From a virus (Duplodnaviria > Caudoviricetes): a stretch of 42,805 nucleotides of DNA. The stretch covers positions 1-42,805 of IMG/VR virus record IMGVR_UViG_3300017649_000112. One strand, 5' to 3'. Positions 7,841 to 16,748 of this stretch are shown here, piece by piece. Every line of letters begins with the position of its first letter. Position 1 is the first letter of the stretch. Made by a program: the position numbers and the translations under genes. The notes beneath the pieces were generated by a model, which made no database searches, was not told the DNA's origin, and saw only the letters and a list, made by a program, of their open reading frames with translations.

Positions 7841-9061
7841 TTAGTTCGTGTTCCGAGTGACGTATCGGGGTTCGACGATCGCGGGCGTTCCGGCTTCGTT
7901 GGCGAAGACGGAGAACACCAGGTCCCGATCAAGGGCGATATAGTCGTTCACGTCGGCCCGTCGGACGGTGACTCCCCAGTTCTCCATGTAGGCGAAGGCT
8001 TTCCGGAACTCGCCGTAGAACCAGTATTCCTGGGCCACGTTCGCGGCCAGGTTCAGGCCGTCGGCATCCGTCAGCCGCTGCATGGCGATCGGCGAGGTGA
8101 CGATCTGGACCTCGTGATCGCGTAGCGGATTCGGGTGGTGAGTGACCACGCCCTGGCTGTCGGTACGACGTTCCTGAGCGGTGGCGTTCAGAATGTTCGC
8201 CGCCGTGTAGCGGTGGTAGGGCATCACCAGGATCGTGTCCGGGACGACCAAGATTCGCTCGCCGTTCTCCTGCTCGGTCATGTCGGCCAGGAGTTGCTCC
8301 GCCTTGTTGATGCTGGTCCAGTCCTGAAGCTGGTTGGCGTGCGTGTTGGTCCAGTTGCCGCCGGAGACGTAGGTGTTGTACGTCGTGCCCCCGTAGTTGT
8401 AGGTGTTGACGATGCCCATCACGGTGTCGAGCACCCGCTTCTCTTTCCGGAGGCCCAGGACTTCGCCGACTCGTTCGGCTTGCATCAACACCTGGTTGGT
8501 CAGGTCGTAGAAGACCGCTTCCTTGGTCACGTCCACCGCGAGACCCCGCTTACGGATTTCCGGGGTCTGGACGTAACGCTCGGTGAGCTGGGCACGCGGG
8601 TGCGGGTTCCCTGGTTGAATCTCTTCGGCCAGGTCACCGAGAGAGGCGACGCCGGGCATCTTCTCCGAACGGAGCCGTGTTGGTCTGGTTTGGACCAGAC
8701 GGTCGGCGATGAAGCCGGGCCGGCGGAAGGTCTCCAGGATTTTGGCCTCGATCAAGCCGCCCACGGTCGCGTTGAAGGCGGACGTGTTGGCGAAGGCCGA
8801 GGGGACCACGGCGGCGTCCATTTCCAGCAGGTCCATCTGGTCGAAGCCGTGGCCGGGCTGGAGGGCGTTCACCCAGTCCCGTCCGCACAGAGCTTCGGCG
8901 ACTTCCCGGAGGGAGAACTCGCTCGGGTGGACTTCCGGGTTCTCGATGGTCGGGCGGCCGAACCGGTCCTTCGTGATGCCGAGCAGTTGGCGGGTCTTGA
9001 GCACGAAGCCTTTCGGCCCCAGGCTTTCGTACAGATCCCGAATGGCTTGTCCTCTGATCAT
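7841..9061 (-). CDS. Major capsid protein
   Basis: 406 aa following the protease and decoration genes. Contains RKRGLAVDVTKEAVFYD and VVPDTILV motifs and a C-terminal IVEPRYV, typical of HK97-fold (Mu gpT-like) capsids. Confidence 0.8.
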   Translation of the reverse strand: MIRGQAIRDLYESLGPKGFVLKTRQLLGITKDRFGRPTIENPEVHPSEFSLREVAEALCGRDWVNALQPGHGFDQMDLLEMDAAVVPSAFANTSAFNATVGGLIEAKILETFRRPGFIADRLVQTRPTRLRSEKMPGVASLGDLAEEIQPGNPHPRAQLTERYVQTPEIRKRGLAVDVTKEAVFYDLTNQVLMQAERVGEVLGLRKEKRVLDTVMGIVNTYNYGGTTYNTYVSGGNWTNTHANQLQDWTSINKAEQLLADMTEQENGERILVVPDTILVMPYHRYTAANILNATAQERRTDSQGVVTHHPNPLRDHEVQIVTSPIAMQRLTDADGLNLAANVAQEYWFYGEFRKAFAYMENWGVTVRRADVNDYIALDRDLVFSVFANEAGTPAIVEPRYVTRNTN

Positions 9062-9129
9062 GGTCGTATTCCCTCAGGGGAGTCGTTTGTGTGGTGGATG
9101 GTCTCGTGCGGCGGAGCTTGTTGGGTGGA

Positions 9130-9981
9130 TCACTGCGTCGCGATGTAGAACAGGGTGACGGTCATTGCTCCCGCGTTGATGGAGGTGAAGTCGGCCCCGC
9201 CGGTGACGGTGACTCGCGGGGTCACCGCTGCATTGATGTAGGCTCCGGAGCCGACTTTCGTGATGGAGCCCACCGTGCCCGGAGCCAGCACGCTTCTGGT
9301 CGTGACGGCGGAGAAGTCGTCGAGGGCTCCGGCGATGCCGACCTGAACGACGGCTGTGGTGTCCCCCGCGAAACCCGCATGGACTTCGGCCTTCCAGCCG
9401 AGCACCAACGCTCCGGCGGGGAGTTGGCTGTCGAAGTCGGCGTAGCCCGTGGCGTTGGTGTTGTCCGTGAAGTCCGCCAGGGCCAGGTACTGTGAGAGTG
9501 TCTTGATCGCGAAGCCGCCGGACTGCGGGGGAGCGACGCGAGAGGTCAGGACCACGCGGACCCTTGTCGTGGCGTTGGGCTCTCGCTTCGAGCAGTACCC
9601 GATAGCCAGGTCGGCGTCGGTGGTCTTGACCAGCTTCTGGTTGTGCAGGGCCGTGCCGGAGGCGGCTTCGTCGATGGTCACCAGTTCGCCGACTTCCCAG
9701 GTGGCGGATTCGCAGTCGTAGTCGTACTCTCCGACCTTCGTGACCTGGATCGTGCCCGCTGGATCAGCAGCAAGCTTCTTCTCGGCGGAGACGCCCAGGA
9801 ACCGTCGGGCGAACAGTCGCTGATTGGCGGCCTCGGCACCTTGATCCGCTTGCGACGAAGCCGGCTTGGCGTCGTCCCCGTCGAGGAACATCAAGTCCCC
9901 GATCTGCACGGCGATGCTGCCGTCGTAGGCGGCGGCGACTTGTTCGTTCGTCAGCGGGTAGATTCGTTGTGGAACAGTCAT
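9130..9981 (-). CDS. Capsid decoration/cement-like protein with extra C-terminal beta domain
   Basis: Gly/Ala/Thr-rich, lies between protease and capsid. N-terminal half resembles DUF2190-type cement proteins. Confidence 0.6.
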   Translation of the reverse strand: MTVPQRIYPLTNEQVAAAYDGSIAVQIGDLMFLDGDDAKPASSQADQGAEAANQRLFARRFLGVSAEKKLAADPAGTIQVTKVGEYDYDCESATWEVGELVTIDEAASGTALHNQKLVKTTDADLAIGYCSKREPNATTRVRVVLTSRVAPPQSGGFAIKTLSQYLALADFTDNTNATGYADFDSQLPAGALVLGWKAEVHAGFAGDTTAVVQVGIAGALDDFSAVTTRSVLAPGTVGSITKVGSGAYINAAVTPRVTVTGGADFTSINAGAMTVTLFYIATQ

Positions 9982-10029
9982 GTCCTTGTCTCATTGATAA
10001 TGCGGTGGTGTCCGGGTCGGTGGCTTCTC

Positions 10030-11109
10030 TCAGCAGCCGCGGAGGAATCTCGCGACGGCGGCGTTGTCCTGGGTGTTGACGGCGGGCTTCGGCCGGTCGG
10101 CGGACTGGTGCTCCAAGATGGTTTCGGCAGAGCGTGGCTTGGCCGTAGCCGTTGAGCGGGACGCCGGCCGAAGGTGTGCGAGCACCGACGCCATGTCGTC
10201 CTGAGACGGCAGCTTCGCCAGCGTGTTGACCAGCGAAGTCGTGGGGGTGATGCCCTTGGACTCCAGGAGCTGGAAGGCGGTCCAGCGACGGTCCTCGGTG
10301 GGCTGTTGCGACTCGCTCACTGGTTCGGGCGATGCCTCCTCGGCGTCGTCCATCAGCTTCGCCGCTTCGTCGGCGGCCTTGAGGATATCGCGAATCTTCT
10401 TGAGCTTGTCGTTCAGTTCGACGCCGTCGTCTTCGAGAATCTCCAGGCACCGCTGGATGAAGGTCTGCTTCACCTGCTGGGCCGGGGTGAGTTCGGCGGT
10501 CGGGGTGGATTGGTCGCCGGTGGGCGTGGGGTCCGCGTCGGCGGGGAGCATGTTCGTGTTCGTTTCGGGCATCTGGTTGTCTCCTGCGTCGGCTTCAAAA
10601 AGCCCTCGTGTGGTGCCGGGATCGGAGACCAGGTCCACCGATTGCACCCGTACGATCTCGTGGATCACCCAATGCCCCTTGTCCGTTTCCTTGACCATGC
10701 CCTTGGCGTTGTGGGACAGGCCGAAGAGGTCAGGGTGGTGCTCGGCGGCTTCGCACACTCGCTCGGCGAGCGGGTGGGACTTCAGGAAGTGGAGGTCGCC
10801 GTAGAGGCCGTCCTCGGTGAGGCGGACGTGGAGCAGCTTGCCGAAGCGGTCGTCGGGATCACGGGGAGCGGCCGGGGTGCGAGGGTCGGGATGGTCAATG
10901 TTGACTTTCACGCCCTCGTACATCGGGATGGCCCGCTGAAGAGCGTCCCGCGTGTAGGTCCGTCCGTTGCCGGAGTCGAACCCGAGAATCTTCACGCCAC
11001 GGATGACGCCCTGTTCCCGATCCACCCGTTCCGAGACGAGCGTTGCGAGCTGCTCGGTCAGTCGGATGGGATTCGAGGCCGGCGGTGATTTGGTTTTGAC
11101 CTGGGACAT
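10030..11109 (-). CDS. Prohead protease/scaffold
   Basis: SGNGRTY, VNIDHP, FGLSH and VQSVDLVSDPGT protease motifs, followed by an acidic helical scaffold tail. Confidence 0.8.
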   Translation of the reverse strand: MSQVKTKSPPASNPIRLTEQLATLVSERVDREQGVIRGVKILGFDSGNGRTYTRDALQRAIPMYEGVKVNIDHPDPRTPAAPRDPDDRFGKLLHVRLTEDGLYGDLHFLKSHPLAERVCEAAEHHPDLFGLSHNAKGMVKETDKGHWVIHEIVRVQSVDLVSDPGTTRGLFEADAGDNQMPETNTNMLPADADPTPTGDQSTPTAELTPAQQVKQTFIQRCLEILEDDGVELNDKLKKIRDILKAADEAAKLMDDAEEASPEPVSESQQPTEDRRWTAFQLLESKGITPTTSLVNTLAKLPSQDDMASVLAHLRPASRSTATAKPRSAETILEHQSADRPKPAVNTQDNAAVARFLRGC

Positions 11110-11163
11110 CGTTCTCTCCGGTGCTGTCTCCGGGGCAGAACGACTGCCGTGTCAATCTCCGCG

Positions 11164-12789
11164 TCATTCGCGTGGCGGAACCTTCCCCAGGTCGTGGCGG
11201 TAGGCGGCCTTGGGGTCGTCGGTCTTGGGCGGAAGTGGTTTGGACGGTGAGTTGTCTTGGGGCGAGTTGTTTGTCGCGGTCGCTTGTTCCCGACGCCGGT
11301 TGGCCTGCTCGGCTTCGTAGTCCAGGTCCTCCATCGCGGCCCAGGTGGTGGCCGAGAGGATGCCCGCTTCGTGGAGAACCTTGCGGATGTTCGTGTCCTG
11401 CTCCCGATTCCTAACGGCCACGGCAGGTGGTTCGACTTGGATCTCGATCAGTTGGGCGACTTGCTCGAACGGGATTTCTCCGAAGCGACCGGCGTCGGCG
11501 GCGATCCGGATCACCCGCCAGATGGCGTCGTAGAAGCGTCGTTTGTAGAAGGACTGAGCGGCCTCAGCGTTCTTGACGAACGGGGACTCGGCGACGAGGG
11601 AAGAGGCGTAGTTGTTGTTGGACGCATCCCCGGAGACCATGTATTCCGGGAGACACCAGCGGACCCCGACCGATCTCAGAATGGCCTGCGAGATGGCGAC
11701 GAAGTTCGGGCCGTGGGCGGACCCCATCGGGGCGGGCTTGTACTCCGTTCCGGCGGGCACGTCGAGGATGGTCCCCGGCTCGTAGTGACTGTGGTGCATG
11801 GTCCGGGGCGAACGCCTCGGTGAGACGGAGGGCCGGGTGTAGTCGGTATTGTCTTCCCGGAACCGTTCCACCGCCCGCTTGGGTGTGCCGTCGGCGTGCT
11901 CTCGAATCCAGGCGATGGCGGCTTGGATCGCCGCTCCCTCTCGCACGTTCCGCAGCAGACGCCGGACGCCCTCCAACTCGTTGACCAAGGGGAAGAAGTC
12001 CGTGAGCCCGCGTTTCACCTTTCGGTCTACGTTGATCTTGCCGTGGAGGATGTCGCGTGCGGGGATGAATTCCCCTGGGCCGACTCCGCTCTGAGGTGCG
12101 TAGTGGTAGCCGTGGACCGTCTCCACGTCGTCGGCGTCGGTCATGATGCCGAAGGACCAGGAGAAGGTATGGGGAGCATGATCCTCTGACAGGACGTGGG
12201 TGACGCCCAGCGTGTGGTCGGCTGGCTCCGTGATCTCGGCTGGCTCGATGGTGCGGACCTGGCAGCGTCCGTGCTCCTGCGGAAAAAACCACAGGAAGAA
12301 CTCGCCGTCGCGACGGGACCGGACGAAAAGTTCCCGCTCCAGCTCGTTCCAGTTGTTGTCGTCGATGAACTGGTCGATGACGCACTGGACTTCGTGGACC
12401 AGCTCCGGCGGGGCTTTCGACTTCGATGTCGCGGTGTACTTAAACCCCGTCCCGACGGTGAAGTTCGTCAGGTTGTTGAGGATGCCGATGGCGTGGGTGT
12501 TCGTGTCACTGACCAGTCGGGCCAGACCTCGGACGTTCGCCAACTCCTGTTCGTTGCGGAACACCACCCCCGCGTTGCCGTCGCTGCGTTCTTCGACGTA
12601 GGAAGCGGGAACCGTGGGGTGGCCGTAGGAGTCGGCGTAGAACTCGTAGGGGTCCACGAAGTCCAGGTCGAACCAATGTTCGAGAACTTCGGCGGCCCGG
12701 TTCGGCGTCGTCTTCGGTGGGCGGTTTGATTGCGGTTTGGGTTGTCGTCCGGAAGCTGGGCGGTGCCGGCGAGGGCGTTTGCGACTCAT
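11164..12789 (-). CDS. Portal protein, lambda-like family
   Basis: RRDGEFF, RGLTDFFP and LPEYMVSGDASNNNYASS motifs. Start overlaps the upstream stop (ATGA). Confidence 0.9.
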   Translation of the reverse strand: MSRKRPRRHRPASGRQPKPQSNRPPKTTPNRAAEVLEHWFDLDFVDPYEFYADSYGHPTVPASYVEERSDGNAGVVFRNEQELANVRGLARLVSDTNTHAIGILNNLTNFTVGTGFKYTATSKSKAPPELVHEVQCVIDQFIDDNNWNELERELFVRSRRDGEFFLWFFPQEHGRCQVRTIEPAEITEPADHTLGVTHVLSEDHAPHTFSWSFGIMTDADDVETVHGYHYAPQSGVGPGEFIPARDILHGKINVDRKVKRGLTDFFPLVNELEGVRRLLRNVREGAAIQAAIAWIREHADGTPKRAVERFREDNTDYTRPSVSPRRSPRTMHHSHYEPGTILDVPAGTEYKPAPMGSAHGPNFVAISQAILRSVGVRWCLPEYMVSGDASNNNYASSLVAESPFVKNAEAAQSFYKRRFYDAIWRVIRIAADAGRFGEIPFEQVAQLIEIQVEPPAVAVRNREQDTNIRKVLHEAGILSATTWAAMEDLDYEAEQANRRREQATATNNSPQDNSPSKPLPPKTDDPKAAYRHDLGKVPPRE

Positions 12790-13310
12790 CGTTGCCGCCT
12801 CCCCTCCGGTGCGGCGACGATCTGGTCGGCGTACTCCGGATACTCCTGCAACAGGATGTCGAGTAGCAGGTGGTACCGCTTGGCGGCCAGCTGCTCGGAG
12901 GGTGAGTAACCGAGAAACCAGTAGGTTCCGTCCGCCGCCGAGATTTCGGACCGCCACTGTCCGATGGGTTCGCAGTAGCTCACGCCCGCGAATCGGGATG
13001 GGGTGGAGTCTCGCGTCGCGTACAGGACTTGGATGTTTTGGCGGCGACAGTCCAGGTGATTCCTGGAGTGGAAGGTGACGAGCCGATCTCGGTCCAGTCG
13101 GTGCAGCCCTACGACCTCACGGGCGAGGTAGAGCCGGGTCCATTTGCCGTTGGCCAGTCGGATCGGTCGGTAGGCTTGCTGGAACCGAAAGACCGGGCTG
13201 GGAGCCGTGGCGTACCAGACGTAGCGGCCGTGGAGGGCGAAGTCCGTGGCGGAAACGATGGCGGACTGGCCGACGCTGTTTCGCCCGAACAGGGGAATGA
13301 TTTCGTGCAC
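12786..13310 (-). CDS. Degenerate HNH-AP2-like protein
   Basis: VTFHSRNHLDCRRQNI and SRFAGVSY...WRSEI...FLGYSPSEQLAAKRY. Confidence 0.65.
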   Translation of the reverse strand: MHEIIPLFGRNSVGQSAIVSATDFALHGRYVWYATAPSPVFRFQQAYRPIRLANGKWTRLYLAREVVGLHRLDRDRLVTFHSRNHLDCRRQNIQVLYATRDSTPSRFAGVSYCEPIGQWRSEISAADGTYWFLGYSPSEQLAAKRYHLLLDILLQEYPEYADQIVAAPEGRRQR

Positions 13311-13413
13311 GATGACCTCCGGTGATCGTCGGGGGAATTCACGTCCCCGACCGACCGGGTCGGTCGTCAGTCGCCGAAGTGCACGGGTCTTTTCTTGATG
13401 GGCGAAGGGTGGC

Positions 13414-14049
13414 TCAGGTTGACACGAACTTGGGTTTGCAGAGCTTACAGGAGCAGTGAGTCAGAGAGCTGATGGCGGCGGCAGATGGGTTGGGGATCGG
13501 AGCGGTTGAGTGATGAGCCGCATAGAAGAGGTTCACTGCGTGGGCTGCTTCCTGTTCAGAAGAGAAGAGGCCGAGATAATAGGTTGTGCTCCCTATCCTG
13601 GTTGCTGCTCCCCACTTTTGTCTTTGCCTGTGCCAGGACACTCCTTTGTAAGTAGATGTTGGCACTGTGCCGCGATTGTTTCGGGTCTTCTTTCCCTGAT
13701 TTGTCTTCTGCTCACTATGCGTGGCGATTCGGAGATTCACTCGGGTATTGTTGAAAGGGTTGCGGTCAATGTGATCGACTGTCAGAGGGTGTCGAGGCTT
13801 GGGGACACCTTGTAGAGAGAGAATGAAATGATGGAGGTACACCGTTTGTCGGCCCGGAGCCGACGCTACCACGGCGGTCACGACTCGTTGGCCGTTGGCC
13901 CTCGTTTCCCACAAGACCCGCCAGAGGTGCTGATCAACGGCAGGGTAATCGATGTCGTCTACGGTGGCGTACAGGTTTGGAATCTGACGGATTCGTTGAG
14001 TCTTTCCACGGCCCGATACTCGCTCCCAGAGGGCTACTTGCTTGGACAT
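13414..14049 (-). CDS. HNH-AP2 endonuclease-like protein, paralog 2
   Basis: VDHIDRNPFNNTRVNLR, AP2 motif YKGVSW...YLGLFSSEQEAA, and C-terminal CSCKLC. Confidence 0.85.
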   Translation of the reverse strand: MSKQVALWERVSGRGKTQRIRQIPNLYATVDDIDYPAVDQHLWRVLWETRANGQRVVTAVVASAPGRQTVYLHHFILSLQGVPKPRHPLTVDHIDRNPFNNTRVNLRIATHSEQKTNQGKKTRNNRGTVPTSTYKGVSWHRQRQKWGAATRIGSTTYYLGLFSSEQEAAHAVNLFYAAHHSTAPIPNPSAAAISSLTHCSCKLCKPKFVST

Positions 14050-14214
14050 TGTCGGCTCCCTTCTGCCTTCCTTACTCGTGAAAGGAGGCCTGCGATGTGT
14101 GGATGATCTCGAAGTGGCTCGGTTCGAGTTGAAGTGCTTCAACTCCAGCCCGGTCTCAAATTCCCATTCCGGTTCATTCTCCGACGATGTTCTGAGTTCA
14201 GGGACGTGGGATGG

Positions 14215-15633
14215 TCATAGGTCGCTGAAGTGCTCCTCGATCAGTGTCAGGGCCATTTCGAGCGAGTCCGGACCGTCGTCGTGTTGACCGTGGGGGAAGT
14301 CTCGGAGCTGTTCGATCAGGATCTGCGTGCCGGGAGAGTCCTTGACGAAGCGGAGCTTGCCTTGGGCCAGGAGTGGGCCGATAGCAGAACGGATGCGGGT
14401 GTGCTTGTTGACCGTGTTGACCACGGCGAACGTCCGGGGGATCAGGCCCAGTGTAGAGGCTTTCCGGTCGAAGCTGTCTTTGACCAACTCCTGGAAGGCG
14501 TTTGCTTCGATCGCGATGGCCTGGGGTCGGTGCCGGCGGTAGAGGACCACGGCGTCATCGACCATGCGGTCCACGTCTCGGCGGTCCAAGTCGGCTTCGA
14601 CGTAGAAGAGGCCGTCGTGCGACACGGTGAGAATGGTAAAGGCCGAGTAGTCGCCGGCTTTGGCGTCCTTGCCCTTGGATGGATCGAGGGCCATGACTTT
14701 CACGCGGAAGTCCGGCGGAAGTTGATCTCGGTCGACCCAGATGTCGTCGGGGAAGTAGTCCTCGGGCCACTCGGCGGAGCCGTCGCGTGATGGTGGCCGT
14801 TGCTGGTAGGAGGCGTCCCAGGCCCAGGGCGTGCCGGCCTTCTCCAGGGCGGTCTTGCGTGCCAGGAGGAAGTCGAGCGGGAGTCGTTCCGGCCAGAGTG
14901 CTTCGCCGACGGCCCGGCCGAGAGGGTCATCCTCTTCCGCGATGGCCGGGAACCGGAGGCGGACCCATTGCTCCCCGCCCTTCTCTTGGGCTTTGAGCAG
15001 TCGTCCGATCAGGTCGTCTCGGTGCCAGCGTGTGCCAACGACAATGCAGACGCCGTGGGGTTCGAGCCGTTGCATAGCAGTCGCCGTAAACCACCGCCAG
15101 AGTCGTTCGCGTTGGTGCGGGGACCAAGCTTGCTCGTCGTTCTTGATCGGGTCGTCGATCAGGAGGAGGTCGGCGTTCTTGCCGGTGATGGCTCCGTTGA
15201 CCCCCGCCGTTCGCATGCCGCCGGCGTAGCCAGTAATTCTCCAGTTGTCCCGCGAGCTGATGTCGTGCCGGACGGAGAGGCCGAAGAGGCTGGGACCGTA
15301 CTCGCGGAAGAGGTCGCGGGCGGCTTCGCCCCACTGAGCCGCTAGCCGGGCCTCGTAGGAACACGCGATGATGCTGTGGTCCGGGAAGGTGGAGAGGTAC
15401 CAGCAGGGAAATGCCTTCGAGATCAACTCGCTCTTGCCGTGCCGCGGCGGGAGTTCGACGATGAGGCGTCTGTTTTCCCGGCTGGCGACTCGGAGCAGCT
15501 CCCGATTGATGGCGGCCAGGTGGTGACGTTGCCCCGAAGGCCGGAGTGTCCGGTCCAGGTGCATATGCCAGCGATCCCGGCCTGTTTCCAGGGCGAGGCC
15601 GGCCGGAGTGAGAGTGCGACGGCTCGTAGGCAT
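14215..15633 (-). CDS. terL: Terminase large subunit
   Basis: Walker A PPRHGKS, LLIDDPIK, GTRWHRDDL, YQQRP and nuclease motif HDDGPDSL. Confidence 0.95.
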   Translation of the reverse strand: MPTSRRTLTPAGLALETGRDRWHMHLDRTLRPSGQRHHLAAINRELLRVASRENRRLIVELPPRHGKSELISKAFPCWYLSTFPDHSIIACSYEARLAAQWGEAARDLFREYGPSLFGLSVRHDISSRDNWRITGYAGGMRTAGVNGAITGKNADLLLIDDPIKNDEQAWSPHQRERLWRWFTATAMQRLEPHGVCIVVGTRWHRDDLIGRLLKAQEKGGEQWVRLRFPAIAEEDDPLGRAVGEALWPERLPLDFLLARKTALEKAGTPWAWDASYQQRPPSRDGSAEWPEDYFPDDIWVDRDQLPPDFRVKVMALDPSKGKDAKAGDYSAFTILTVSHDGLFYVEADLDRRDVDRMVDDAVVLYRRHRPQAIAIEANAFQELVKDSFDRKASTLGLIPRTFAVVNTVNKHTRIRSAIGPLLAQGKLRFVKDSPGTQILIEQLRDFPHGQHDDGPDSLEMALTLIEEHFSDL

Positions 15634-15726
15634 TGGTCCACCACGAACGGGAACTTGGGTTGTTCGTGCCCGTGGTGGACTCAATCAGTCGTCGTTTAGC
15701 AGTGTTCTTCGGAGGTACGAAGCATA

Positions 15727-16707
15727 ATGAGCGGTCCTCGTGGCGACGTTGACTTGGTTGGCCATAACATCTTTCTCATCCCGGAGCGTCCGGTCGGGAA
15801 TCTCCCGCCGATCAATAACGTCATCTACAAGGCCAGGAAGCCGGAGGAACAATGGGTCGAGGATGTGACTCGCCGAATTGGTGATTGGAGGGCCAAGCTC
15901 CGCAGTACCTACATCCGCTGGGCCTTGGCGATCAATGGGCTGGAGGTGGCGGCTGACCGGTATGCCGATCCGGATTGGAGTCAGAATAATAAGTTCTACG
16001 TGTCCTCTCTCCGGCCCGACCAGACCGGGGATCTGTCCATCACGCCCATTGCTCTGTGGGATGGTGCAACTGCCTCGAAGAACCACCGGGAGACGATGCC
16101 GATGCTGGCGGCGTTCGGCATCATCGACCTCTACGCCCGACTGGAAGAGATTGTGTTTGAGATGTATCGGGTGTTCTTGAACCACAATCCCCAGGCGTTG
16201 TTGAAGGGAGACGACTTCAAGGACCTCCGCCGGCTCCGGCGGGAAGCCGAGAGCGATCCGGCAAAGCGTCCCGACTGGGAGCAGGCGTGGCAGGAGCGGC
16301 TGGAAGGCTGGCAACGCAAGAGACTGTACGATGGTCTCGACAGAGTCTTCAAGGCGTTCTGCGACTCCGCGGGTTTGAAGGCTCCCTCGTCGTACAAACA
16401 TACGACCGTCGAAACCTGGTCGGAGTGCATTCGGATCATCGGGCTGGTCCGGAATGCCCTCGTCCATGGTGTCGCGACAGTCAGCCAGGAACTGGCGGCG
16501 GCCTGTCAGCAGCCGTATGCGATGACCTTTGACTTCCAGGAAGGCGATCCGCTGGAGATCAAGCTCTACCACCTCCAGGGCGTGGACTGCTTCTGCGAAC
16601 AGATTCTGGATGCGTTGAATCTGTCGCTGTTGGAACTTGTTCTGGGGCCAGCGGGTGCCTGGTCGGAGAAAGAGAAAGGCAGCACCGAAGAACAGCAGAC
16701 CTCATAA
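15727..16707 (+). CDS. Hypothetical protein with putative HEPN motif
   Basis: All-helical pattern with LYARLEE and RNALVH (Rx4H). Opposite strand to its neighbours. Confidence 0.55.
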   Translation: MSGPRGDVDLVGHNIFLIPERPVGNLPPINNVIYKARKPEEQWVEDVTRRIGDWRAKLRSTYIRWALAINGLEVAADRYADPDWSQNNKFYVSSLRPDQTGDLSITPIALWDGATASKNHRETMPMLAAFGIIDLYARLEEIVFEMYRVFLNHNPQALLKGDDFKDLRRLRREAESDPAKRPDWEQAWQERLEGWQRKRLYDGLDRVFKAFCDSAGLKAPSSYKHTTVETWSECIRIIGLVRNALVHGVATVSQELAAACQQPYAMTFDFQEGDPLEIKLYHLQGVDCFCEQILDALNLSLLELVLGPAGAWSEKEKGSTEEQQTS

Positions 16708-16748
16708 CCCCCAGCCTGTGGCGATCGCTTTCGATGCGGCTGCCGGTT

